Assembly: GCA_002269645.1 (NCBI GenBank)
Contig: NIVC01000971.1
Span: forward strand, 1-64,000
DNA length: 64,000 nt
Source: Macrostomum lignano
Taxonomy: Eukaryota
Reading direction: 5' to 3'
Shown: piece after piece, positions 35,957 to 47,809 of the stretch
Position numbering within the stretch: the stretch's first letter is position 1
Layout of the letters: the number at the start of each line of letters is the position of its first letter
Translations under genes and position numbers: made by a program
The notes under the pieces: generated by a model
Databases searched by the model: none
Told to the model about the DNA's origin: nothing
Seen by the model: the letters and a program-made list of their open reading frames with translations, nothing else

Positions 35957-37529
35957 GTATCTAAAGAGCGATGCCAGTGCAGCCTTGTTCTGTCTTTAAA
36001 TATACAAGATAGATGTACAAGATTTTGTGGCGAGCACTGTACTGCACTGCACCTGCATGCTGTTTACTGCAATTTTATTCTGTGTTTACAGAGCAGCCAG
36101 AGTTTTTATCTCATCTATAAATCAAGAGCGTAAAAACAAGTACGATGGCAAAGTTGCAAAGTTGCACAAAAATTGCACGTCTTTACAACACGTCGTCGGT
36201 ATATATGTAAGATGCATGCAAAAGCCATATCATTTTATTTTGATCTTTGTCAAGGATGTCAATTAATATTTGTGGCTGAAAATACGTTCCACATAGTCAC
36301 GTCTATTACGATGCATCTTTTAATAGCGTTCGACTACTGTAGGTTGTCGACGCCAGCCTTCCAGCAGAACTTGGAATCAATTACTGACGCAATATTTGTT
36401 GGCATGCATCGTCAGCTACTGTATCACTTAAAGATTTTACCGCGCATTTGCTGCTTCATGAAGCAGAACTGGTGAAAGTCGGCAATGATACCTGAACCCA
36501 ACGCTCTGATCTATAGGATAAATAGGTTTGCATGCAAAATGGGGACTTCGATCGTTCCAGAGGGAGAAGATCACCGACGCATTAGATAGAACACCGCGGG
36601 TGCATTCAAACTATGCTGTGAACATATCGCACACGGTGTGCCCGTCCAATTCCGCGATTTCATAGCCTTCTCGTGTGGGTAAGCGTAATTTTAGAGCCTC
36701 AGTGTACCGTCTCTACTCACTGCAGTTCTCAAATGCAATTTTTTAATAGTTTATTTATTGAACCTAGGCTTAAACATGGCCAAACTTTGATCTGTGGCAT
36801 TCCGACCTTACAAGAAATTACATGTTACATGTAAATGATTCAACTAAATGATTCAAATTACATGTTACATGTAAATGATTCCGTCGACTCGACATAGATT
36901 CGTAGTCTGAACGTCGAATTCAGGTCGAATTTGAAAAATGTTTAAGTTTAGTCAAAAGTGTTTTTAAATGAGGTAGAAACTAAAAAAAACTCATTATTTA
37001 ATTTATTTCTTTTTCTTCAAATAGTCAAAACTGCATCGAAATCTAGTCAGTTTTGTGACGTCGACATCATGTCGAGAATCGAAAGTGTTTCGACGAATGT
37101 TCTAGTCACGGAATTTTGCCGTTAAGTAGGCATATTTAAAATCTGTGAAAGAGGAATAATTGGCAATAATTTTTGTAATATTATTGCATTTTTGGACCCC
37201 TTCTATATTTACTTTCAAAATACTAATATTTTTTGTATATAAATTTTGTTTTTTCACAGACTTTTAAACAAGTTTTTCCTTTGCGCGTGCGAATTATCAC
37301 ATGCAAATAATAATTATAACGCATGAGACTTTGGTTCCGCGTCAAATTCCGTGTTGATGTTTTGCACCTACATTTCAATGCGGAATTTAATGTGGAATTT
37401 TCATAAGCCTGTTCAATGCGGAATTCATTGTGTGGAACTGGGGTACCGGCTGGACCCTCTGCTACATCTATGTATGCGGACCAACGAGGCCGTGGATGAG
37501 TTGGAGCGCTGAACGGACCGAGGCTGCAG

Positions 37530-39925
37530 CAGAGCTGTCGCTGCATCTCCATGTCTGATCGGCTGCTTCAGGTCGACGCCTAGCTTCGTGGCCGAAACGC
37601 TTGTCTGTTCTGCATGGGTGAAGGAGACGGCACACCGTGACAGTGACTAGCCCTTCCTCGGAAGGAAATGACCACTAATCCTCCACTAAATGTGGTTCAG
37701 TAGATCTGAGCGGTCGCTGTTTGTGACACCGCGTGCGAAGGGCAACCACCGGAGCGCTGGATGACTTTTGTAGGGGCAGGAAAGGGTGTCGGCCAACACC
37801 CGCTTTCGCAAGCCAACCGGTTGGCTCGCGACCTTCGTGGGCTGCAAGCGGAGGCGGAGGAATGCGCGCGGCCGGAATGCGACGGAAAAGCAGGCACAGC
37901 TCGATCATGTGCTTGTGCGTCTTTGTGAGCGCCGCCGTGCTGTCAACTGTCGCACCATCACGCCACTGGCTCTCCGGTCTGATCATCGGCTCCTCGTCTG
38001 CGACCTGCATGTACGCGATTTGCTTCACCGTCCGCGAAAGCGGCCAGCACAGCGCTACTACCGTGTGCGCAAGGAGACCCGAGGCTTGTCGCCATTTCAC
38101 TAGCGCCTTCGTCAGCGCGCTTGGCGACAGGTGCGGGCCCGCCGTGTACACGGAGGTGTCGCGGTTAGAGCCGCGGCAGAGCAAGCAGTCCAGCAGATGC
38201 GACCGGCCCAACGTAGGCAGCCGGTCTGGCAGGATGACCCTATGATTTGACAAGCGACGGCAGAGCTGGAGAGGCTCCGTCTGAGCAGGCGGCCAACTAT
38301 CGAGGCCGAGGAGGCTCTGGCGGCTGTCTACCTGCAGCGGCAGCAGTCCGCTGTCGATGACGCCATCCAAGCCGTCTCTGCCGCAGGGCCCGATGCCAGA
38401 GGGCGCGTGGCCTGGTCCGTCATCAACGTTCTGACGGGGCTGAAGCGGCGCATCCCGCTCAACCTGGCTGACGACACTCCGGATAAGCGCAGAAATGAGC
38501 TGCGCGAGTTTTTCACCGCCATCGTCCACGCGCCGTCGCCCCCGCTGCCAAACGATCTGAGGCTGCCGCCGGGGACGCCATTGCTGGCAGAGGAGAGTTT
38601 TGATGTAGCCCCAGTCAGCACAGCCCGACGATGTGATGCTCGCCCTGAGGACTCCGGACGGCAATGCGCTGGGTCCGGACGAGGTGCCCATCGAGGTGCT
38701 GCGACTCTACTGTGTGGCAGCGAGGTCGCCAGTGTTATGAGCCGCGTGCTTTACGGTGAAGTGGCACCCAACGAATGGACCATGGCGTACATCGTCGCTA
38801 TTCCGAAGAAGCTGGGCACCACACGGCTTCAGGAGCACCGAAGTATCTGCCTGCAGTCCTGTGCTGCGAAGCTATTCAACCGGATTCTGCTATCGCGGTT
38901 GCAGCCCATGCTGGATCCATATCTACGTCCTGAGCAGAACGGGTTACGGCCCCATCGCAGCACAGTGACGCAGATCCTTGCTCTTCGCCGAGTCATCGAG
39001 AAGGCGCGGACACGCCAGTTGATCCTGATTGTTATCTTCACAGATTTCAACAAGAAGGCATTCGACTCGGTCGTCAGGTCTGTTCTCCCAAAGTTGCTCA
39101 GTGCGTACAACGTGCCAGAGCTTTTGCTTTTATGGTTCTGTAGCACGACACGAGCCTGTCGGATTTCTTTAAGACATTCTCTGGGGTGCTTCAGGCAGAT
39201 ACGCTTGCGCCGTTCCTGTTCGTCCTGGTGCTTGACTGGGTGCTGCAGACCGCTCTCCCTTCTAACGACGACGGCTTCCTGCTGCAGCCACGCATGGGGG
39301 GGGGGCGACGCCAACTGGAGAGGCGGCTCGGCGTGCTTTGCTACGCCAACGATCTCGCCCTGTTGTCTCGACCCTTGAGGGCGCCCAGCGCCAGCTGAAC
39401 CGGCTGGTGAGCGTGTGGTGAGCGGCGGCCTGGTGGTCAACACGCAGAAAACTGTCGTGCTCTGCGTGCCGGACGACATCGAAGCTGCAATTTTCTGCCG
39501 AGGCGCTGATGGACAGGTGAGGAAGCTTCTGCACTGTCAGCAATTCTACCTCGGCGGTCTGGTGCCTCACGTTCAAGACGATCTGCGGACTTTTTTGGGC
39601 AGCCTTCAGTTCTGTGAGGGCAGTCCTCCAGTCCGAGGCCCTGCCTGACCGCCAGAGGTTGGCGCTGTTCCAGTCGGTGATCGAGACAGTCCTGATGTAC
39701 AACCCTGAGACCAGGACGCTGACGGATTTGCTCAAATAGCAGGTCGATGCGGCGCGCATGCTGGCCTGCTGCGGGCCGCCTTCAAGATCTGCTAAGAGCA
39801 CGTCACCAGCAAACTGTTACGCCGTCGGCGGACTCTAGCTGGCAGGCCATATCATCTGAGCCGAGTCCTAAGCTGCCCGCAACTGGTGTAGGGACGTGCT
39901 GCTGCTGACGTTGTTGTTGTTGTTG
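37530..39925 (+). mobile_element. Degenerate RTE-type LINE (APE C-terminus, RT, 3' domain)
   Basis: Contains QLDHVLV..SDHRLL (endonuclease end), IPKK..KLFNRIL..EQNGLRPHRST..KAFDSV and CYANDL (RT); many frameshifts; (GTT)n tail. Confidence 0.9.
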
Positions 39926-41928
39926 CTAGCTCAAACCTTCGACCTCCATTGCTGCAGCTCCTTCTTCAGTACTCCAGGGACGCCCTCTCGTTGGTCAATA
40001 AATCCGATGCATTGGTCCATGGTCCATAGGTCCTTCTGCTTCTCTTAAGGGCCCAGTGTAGCACGCTGATGGACCTTTGGTTCGGCCTCTTGTTTTTCCA
40101 AGCCGGACTCTTGCCGGGGAGCTTCTCGGTTGCTAGCTGTCGGACTGAATGGCTTATGCCACCCCCGGTTGCTATTCCTTTGGCTGGCTGTTGGGTTGGG
40201 GTTACGGCCCAGCAGCTTCTCACCTATAGTCTCCACTCGCCTTTCAGCAACTCATGGAGTATCCCTATTACTTCCAACACGTTCGTTTGATGCTGCTGAA
40301 ACGCCAACCGAGGTTAGACTCAATCATAGAATTTCAGCACCAGAACTTCCCGGCCGGTGCCTCTCACTCCAACAACCCTGCCGCCACTCCAGGATAATAC
40401 CGGTGTTAGAAAAGTGGCTGGAAGGGCTTCCAGTCAATCCGGCGACAGACGATCCGACGACAGATATTTAAATCAACGTCGTATAACAGAATATATACGG
40501 ATTAGTTGAGCTATCATTTTTAGCTCTTTATTATTACTTATTAATACTTAAATAAATAAATAACAATTACTTAAACAATAATTGTTGCAGTTATATTTTT
40601 ACAGCTGTACGTATTGTCGCAAATACAATATATACATTTAAAACAATATTGATACAGTCATACAAATTTGCTTTCCAAGCAGATTAAATTGATACAATTG
40701 TACCTTCAGAAAGAAATTAAACTGGAAAGAGGATGTGAACTTAAGCGCGATTTGGAAGCCGTGAGTCCAGCAACCAAACCGCTGCGAAATTCTCACTATT
40801 CAGACCCAAAATAGACAAGAAAAGCGTAATTGATCTTTCTTCCACCCCGGCCGCTTCCGCATGGGATAAATGGGGAAAAATGGGGATTTCATGTGAACTT
40901 AAGGCTCTGAAATGGAAGCGGTGGTCGATTGAGCCGGTTTCTCTATCGGATCTCTCTACTGGACCGACAATGAGACACGAATCGTTGAAAACCGCATCTC
41001 TCTATCATTTGGTCTCCCTGAATGGGATAAATGGGGAAAAATGGGGATTTCATGTGAACTTAAGGCTCTGAAATGGAAGCGGTGGTCGATTGAGCCGGTT
41101 TCTCTATCGGATCTCTCTACTGGACCGACAATGAGACACGAATCGTTGAAAACCGCATCTCTCTATCATTTGGTCTCCCTGAATGGGATAAATGGGGAAA
41201 AATGGGGATTTCATGTGAACTTAAGGCTCTGAAATGGAAGCGGTGGCCGATTGAGCCGGTTTCTCTATCGGATCTCTCTACTGGACCGACAATGAGACAA
41301 GAATCGTTGAAAGCCGCATCTCTCTTGCGTTGATGATTTTTACGTTCTATATTTCGAGTACTGATGGGATTCTACATTAGTAGGCAAGATAGGCTGACAG
41401 AGATGCCGAGGGTGCTGTGCGTTTGTAATCATATGCCTAAATCTTATGGACCTAATATTGAAATCCTCATCATATCGAGGCAGCCTCATTATATCCCGCA
41501 CCCATATGTGCACGTAATTCTCGGCTAGCCAATATCATTTTATAATGAGTGTTCTTCACTTTTTATTGCCCTGACACCTTGAACTTTCTTTTTGCTGGGC
41601 AACGAGAATTTAAGTATCGATTACGCAATCTGAATCCCGCACCCATTTGTGCACTGCATGTACATTTGCATTGCCGACGCTGAGTGTGTTAATAATACTG
41701 CGATAACATTATAAAAGTGATGAAGTTTTTGGGCAGAAAGGTATTTTATATGTCAAAAAAGCTTGTCAGTAGCCTTCAAGACAGCATGCTGGACTTTAAA
41801 GTACGTGACCATTAGCCATTTATATTTCGAAATCTATGCGTGCAATAATTTGGTGATGCACATTTTCTGATCGACTCTTGCGGCTCATTGTTTCCTCCAC
41901 TTTTCAATCTATGTAACTTAGCTTTGTC

Positions 41929-43850
41929 ATGGACTGGGCATGCCATCGATGTGGTAAACAGTTCAGCACTGAATTCAACCTCAAGAAACATCAGCAGACA
42001 ACCAGGTGTTCGGTTTTAAAGGAAGCGACTTCCTTTGGCTCCTGCAAGTCATTCGCAGATGTGAGAGATGCGCTGCAGCGTTCTCCAACCAAGGTCAAAA
42101 GTTTTTAAACCCGAATCTTTTTCCTGAACTTTTGGCAAGCGCTTTGAGAAAGTCGTCGGAATGTCTCGAGAGAACTTCAACAGCTTCAGAAGCCTCATCT
42201 CTGGCTCAGTACGCACTGGATTTGTCTAAGTCAAGAGAACAGAGTATTTCTTTACCTGAAAAAACTCCGCTATGGCGTCAGCTTTGAAGCCATAGGAAAC
42301 GATTTCAACATTTCTGCGCGCCACGCTTGTGAAGTCTTTTGGGAGGTGGCCAAGGATCACTAAATCAACGACCCTTTTCAACCAAGGCTACTGTCATGTG
42401 CTCCGATTGAGACGATCCTGGGACGATTTTTTGCAGGTGTTTTTGAACGATACGTTCGGGATAAGCAGCTTGTTTTGTTTATTGGTGACCATACATACTT
42501 TTTCATCGGTAAAGGCGGCCAGCACCGTCTGCAGAAACGCACATACTATGCTCCGAAGAGTAGCAACGTTTTAAAGAAACTGGTCGTAGTGAATGCGACT
42601 GGCATGGTAGTTTACGCAGCACCGCTCAGCGGATCCATATCTTTTGCCCTCAGTGATGGAAATCTGGCGGCCTACCAGATAGAGATGGAGCGAGAGCATC
42701 TCATTCCAGCTGCACTAACAAAACTACTCTGTGCCAATGTGCCTGGGTATCGAGTCGTGGCGATATTTGACCGCGGTTACAGTCACCACGCTGCACTGAT
42801 TCATCGGGCAAGAGTTTCCGCGATCTGATTGAATCAAATAGTCGAGGAAACACGCTGCTATAGTTTCCTCTCGGACCCGGCGATCCAATACTTAATGATC
42901 GGTTTTGCTACGTAAAGAATCCAGTCTCGGCTGAGGATCGTCCCCTTCACGGAAAACTGACTGCTATTGAGTCAAATACCAGTAGGCTGGCTACGCTTTT
43001 CCGCTTTTCTGTTGAGTGCGCGTTCGCCGCAGTCAAGCAGAACACAGGTGTATTAATGAGCGGCATGAGCCATACCAGTGGCAGCAGCCAGCTGAATTCA
43101 GTACATCTAGTCAGCTAGATGTCATTATCGACAACTGTATTGCCAAATACAACCGCTCGCACATTGGATTCCCACTGAATAAAACGCTACCAAAGTCATG
43201 GAATGACAGCTCACTTTTTTAGTTTGGTCAGAATTTTACCAGGCGCATGTTTCTCAGCAATGAATTCGATCCGATTGAAGGTGTGAACTATCTGTGTGAC
43301 GTGACCCGAACTCCTATCGAAGGGTCGAGGCGCTGGTCACCAGTCGATGTGCTAGATCCAGAGTCCACAGGCTTTCCTCGAATTGAGATAGACAACCTTC
43401 AGGAAGTAAGTGTGGGACCATTTCATGTACAGCAGTCTGAAAGCTGTATCCAAAACATCCAGGTGCAACACACGCTTGAGAATTTCGACGGTGATACGAG
43501 CTACGTGGTTAGAGCTTGAAGACCTGGCATCGCAGCTACCTCAATCGATGCGCTGCTGGAAATTCCGGCAATAACAGCAGCCAAGGAACTGGCAAAAGAA
43601 ATTCGGCAACTGGCAACCGTCGTGGATATTTATGTCCGTTGTGTTTTCGAGGCACACATCTCGAACATATCGAGTCCTTCTTCGCCTGAGCGATTTACCG
43701 AATGGAAACCCTTTTGGATTCCACGATGCCGGTCTAAGGAGGCTACATGCCTACTACTCCTCGTCCAAAGTGGGTAGCCGAACAGCTGGCTGTGACTGCC
43801 ATGTAATGACAGTTCTTTTGGTCCTAGGTCATTATGCCTACCACCCAGAT
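41929..43850 (+). pseudogene. Decayed transposase: zinc finger, HTH_Tnp_4-like, DDE_Tnp_4-like, SWIM-like
   Basis: Motifs in order: CHRCGKQF..LKKHQQTTRC; LYLKKLRYGVSFEAIGNDFNIS; FIGDHT..SDGN..IFDRGY; LTAIESNTSRLATLFRFSVE; KVGSRTAGCDCHV. Several frameshifts and stops. Confidence 0.8.
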
Positions 43851-44029
43851 TCCTTTCGCCAACGATATCCTGAGCGCCGCTTCGTTGATACACAGCTTCC
43901 TAAAAGCCTCAACACTAATCTTTACACCTCTCTACCTGCTGAGGAAAATGTTAGAACAGAGCCTCGTCAAGAGCATCGTTCAGGAGCAAAGGATGCCAAA
44001 CAAACATCATCAAGAAGTTCAGAGCCGCA

Positions 44030-44836
44030 GCCTTTCTGTGGACTAAGAAATAGCGGAGCAGACTGCTATGCCAATTCTGCCATTCAGCTTCTTTACTGGA
44101 TGGAGCAGAAGGGCCCATTAATGAGACGGGACATAGCTAGCGACTTGCAAAGATCTCTACAGCTACTTTTTGATCAAATGCTAGCTTTAAAAAATACTTC
44201 TGCCGCAGAAGTACAAGGAATTATCAGGCGCATCTTGCCCGGCAGATTTGCTGCTGGTGAGCAGCACTGCTTTCTGGAATTCTTGGAAGCCCTGCTTTCG
44301 ACTCTCTCTCGGTCGCTAATGGCGCCCTTGCAGATGTTACTGCGCTCCGTAATTGTCGACGTTGTGGCTACAACGCAGCCTCGATTCAAACAGGAACAAT
44401 CAGTGAACAAATTCTTTACGTTCCTCTCTCAGAGTGCAGCAGGGCTCCGATTAGCCTTTAAGATCTTTTGGAAGAGCGACTGCGACCACGCATTTCGCAG
44501 TGCGGCCAATTAGGATGCGAAGGCTTGATTGAAGAGCAGATTATTCTATCAGCGGCCAAGTTTGCAATTATTTACTTCAGCAGGACACCAGAAAACTATA
44601 ACGCCGAAAAAGTCAACACCCAAATACGGTACTCACCAAGATCTGAGAGTAATTCCGACTTCGGCAGCCCTGTGATAGTGATAGGCAGATCTCTCCGTCG
44701 CGGGCACTACACTACCAGTGTTTGGCATGACAATGCATGCTGGTTGATTGACGATTCCAGAATTGTGCCCAACTGCAATCCGTTTCTCCGGGATGCACAA
44801 AATATCGTTGCTGTAGTTGTGCAAAAGAAAGACTGA
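44030..44836 (+). CDS. Compact USP (peptidase C19) deubiquitinase-like domain; one frame change near 44470-44510
   Basis: Cys box GLRNSGADCYANSAIQLL, QHCFLEFL box, His box GHYTTSVWHDNACWLIDDSRI. Confidence 0.8.
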
Positions 44837-46643
44837 TCGTGCTTTCACCAGATCGTAGACCCGAGCTAGACAAGTTTTAGTTTATCCTTGCGATGCACTC
44901 CAAGATTCTAAAGATTTATTCCTACCTATGAACTTTTGCTTGCCACTACTTGCTCTGTTACATGTACTTTTGCTTGTTAATATTTGCTCATGCACTTTTG
45001 GTTCCTATTATTTGCAAATGCACTGTATCATACAGTACTAAAATCGTGCATTTTAATATTTCATTAAACCTGTTCAGAAAAGTCTAATAAAGATACTTAA
45101 AAAGATATTTTAACGTTAAATACAATAACAGAAATTATTAAAACATTCTTCAACATAAAGACTCAAGGCAGCTTTACCGGCCTGCTTCATCGGTCAGATT
45201 CTCATTGTCGGTCCAGTAGAGAGATCCGATCGAGAAACCGGCTCAATCGGCCACCGCTTCCATTTCAGAGCCTTAAGTTCACATGAAATCCCCATTTTTC
45301 CCCATTTATCCCATTCAGGGAGACCAAATGATAGAGAGATGCGGTTTTCAACGATTCGTGTCTCATTGTCGGTCCAGTAGAGAGATCCGATAGAGAAACC
45401 GGCTCAATCGACCACCGCTTCCATTTCAGAGCCTTAAGTTCACATGAAATCCCCATTTTTCCCCATTTATCCCATGCGGAAGCGGCCGGGGTGGAAGAAA
45501 GATCAATTACGCTTTTCTTGTCTATTTTGGGTCTGAATAGTGAGAATTTCGCAGCGGTTTGGTTGCTGGACTCACGGCTTCCAAATCGCGCTTAAGTTCA
45601 CATCCTCTTAGCAAAATCAATCGATCTAGAAAAATTAGCTGGCAATACACAATACACAAGCAAGCTTATTTTTCACAGGGATATAGCTTTGTAGCATGTG
45701 CAGGCAGGCAGTTCGGGCACCATTTTGCACTCCGTGACCCCCACCCAGCCTATCCACTTCCCTCTGCTCGAGCACATCCCAACGCGCACTCAATGAACCG
45801 GAAATCTGTGACCAGACAATAAATATACAGGCACAGCCACATTCTATTTTTCCACCTTTTTGAGTGGCTAACTAACACTCGAAATAACCAGAGAGAATTG
45901 CTCGCTACAAGCTTTTTTTGAAAAATAACATTTTGAAAATCAACAGCTACGTACAGCTGTAAAAATAAAACTGCAACAATTATAGTTTAAGTTATTGTTA
46001 TTTAATTGTTTAAGTATTAATAAGTTATAATAAAGAGCTAACAATAATAGCTCAACTAATCCGTATATATTCTGATTATACGTTGATTTAATATTTGTCG
46101 CCGGATTGACTGTCGCCGGATCGTCTTGTCGCCGGATTGACTGGATACCGCTGGAAATTAGCAGGGTAGCGGATCTCAGATCTCTAAAAGGAAGGCCCGC
46201 AGAATCGCCTCAGCTGCCCGCCTCTGAGGAGGGTTAGAGACTAAATTAGCGATTAGTCTGGCAAGATACACGTGCACTGCACTACAGTCTCAGAGCAGTC
46301 TGCTGTACGTGTGGTCTAAGTTTTGTCTAAAATTTAGTCTTAAGCTCCTTGTGACGTTATTAGCGTGGTGGCCTCGAGAACGAGCGGAGGCAAATAAATA
46401 TAGCAGAGGCGGAATTGTAGCGGTAGCACTTGGCGGTAAATTGGATCGGCGTTATTACTAACGTTGGCTGCAGATTTGGTTTTTTGTTACGTCTTGTACT
46501 TTGATTAACAATACACTGGCGGCTGCGCAACAATAGAATAAATAGCTTAAGTAGTAGAAGTGGCGTGGCTAGAACTATGGAGGAGAGAAGGCAAATGACT
46601 AAACAAAGGCAGTCAGAGCCTACAAGCTACACAGACTCGCAAG

Positions 46644-47809
46644 TAGGGATGTCGATTCCCCGGGGAATTTTCTTATCGGGAACCCGGGGAATTTACTGTC
46701 ATTCCCCGGGGACCCCGGGGACCCCGGGGAAAAGAAAAAATAAGTACAAAACGGCGGATAACTTAGATCTTACGTCATTAAGGGGCATTTTTTAAACTTT
46801 GATTAAAGCTTTGGATGCACTACATGTTCAAGGCGCAAGGGTAAAAACTTTAAGCAATGTTTGTTTAAAACTGTATTTGACAACGTGGGGGTACGTGGCA
46901 TCACCAAATCGTGCGCGCACCTTTATCAGAAAGAGTCCAGACTCCGGAGGCGGAAAATGCATACTTACTCAGCAGCTACACTCGTGGGAGGATAATTAAT
47001 GAATGAGACTGTTTTTATAATCGGAATTTTAATTTCTTGCAGATGCATGTAAATCACCATTTTGTCCTGTCTAATAGGGAGTATTTTGTTATTGTATGAC
47101 ACCCCCCCCCCCCCTATGCGTCAGTGACTGACGCAGGACACAGCGCTGTGCCTGCGTCAAATGCCTCAAGCCGTCAACGCAGACCAACACAATAGTCAGT
47201 AAGGCTTCTTTTTCCTGACGGGTTTCTACGCTCCTACGTGCAATTTGCTTGATTGAAAGACTCATAGTGAAAAAAAACATTCAAACGGGTCGCTTTCATA
47301 AGACCGAAATTTCACAACGCCGAAAATTCTGCATGCTCCTTATTGTATTAAGTTTTCTACGATGTGAATTTTCGGTCTTATGAAGTTTCGGTCTTGTGAA
47401 GTATGGTGTTTCGGCGTTGTGAAATTTCGGTCTTATGAAGTTTCGGTCTTGTGAAGTTTCGGTCTTGTGAAGTATGGTGTTTCGGCGTTGTGAAATTTCG
47501 GTCTTATGAAGTTTCGGTCTTGTGAAGTATGGTGTTTCGGCGTTGTGAAATTTCGGTCTTATGAACCCCCCCCCCCATTCAAACGTGCGTTGTGTTTGAA
47601 ATAATACATTGAAATAAGCAGTTTTGCAATAAAAAAGCATAGACAGAGTTTCAATCAGCTTTCTGTGAATGATTTTCTTATTTAAATGGCAAAAATTAAG
47701 TTAAAAATGTTTTTTTTCTCCCCGGGGTTCCCGGTCCAATTCCCCGGGGAGTATTCCCCGACAAGCTCCCCGGGGCCCCGGGGAGCACTCCCCGGGGTCG
47801 ACATCCCTA
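46644..47809. mobile_element. hAT-type non-autonomous element
   Basis: TIR TAGGGATGTCGA / TCGACATCCCTA; perfect 8-bp TSD ctcgcaag; ccccgggg subterminal motifs. Confidence 0.92.
47288..47576. mobile_element. MULE-like foldback MITE nested in the hAT element
   Basis: Inverted ttcataagaccgaaatttcacaacgccg arms with 16-bp sub-repeats; flanking duplication attcaaacg. Confidence 0.8.

Larger units (their letters stand above)
40729..45607 (+). mobile_element. PIF/Harbinger-ISL2EU-type DNA transposon with long TIRs, carrying a USP domain
   Basis: TIRs start GAGGATGTGAACTTAAG (40729 to about 41320; about 45200-45607) and contain 161-bp sub-repeats; internal broken transposase-SWIM-USP frame. Confidence 0.85.
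40425..46149. mobile_element. Outer non-autonomous TIR element hosting the inner transposon
   Basis: About 200-bp inverted arms (40425-40620, 45950-46149) starting GG..CCAGTCAATCCGGCGACA; 8-bp flanks gctggaag/gctggaaa. Confidence 0.65.

Noticed and set aside
40880-41232. Three identical 63-aa ORFs (also at 45265)
   Set aside because: They come from the 161-bp TIR sub-repeat, start at non-ATG codons and have no protein-like motif.
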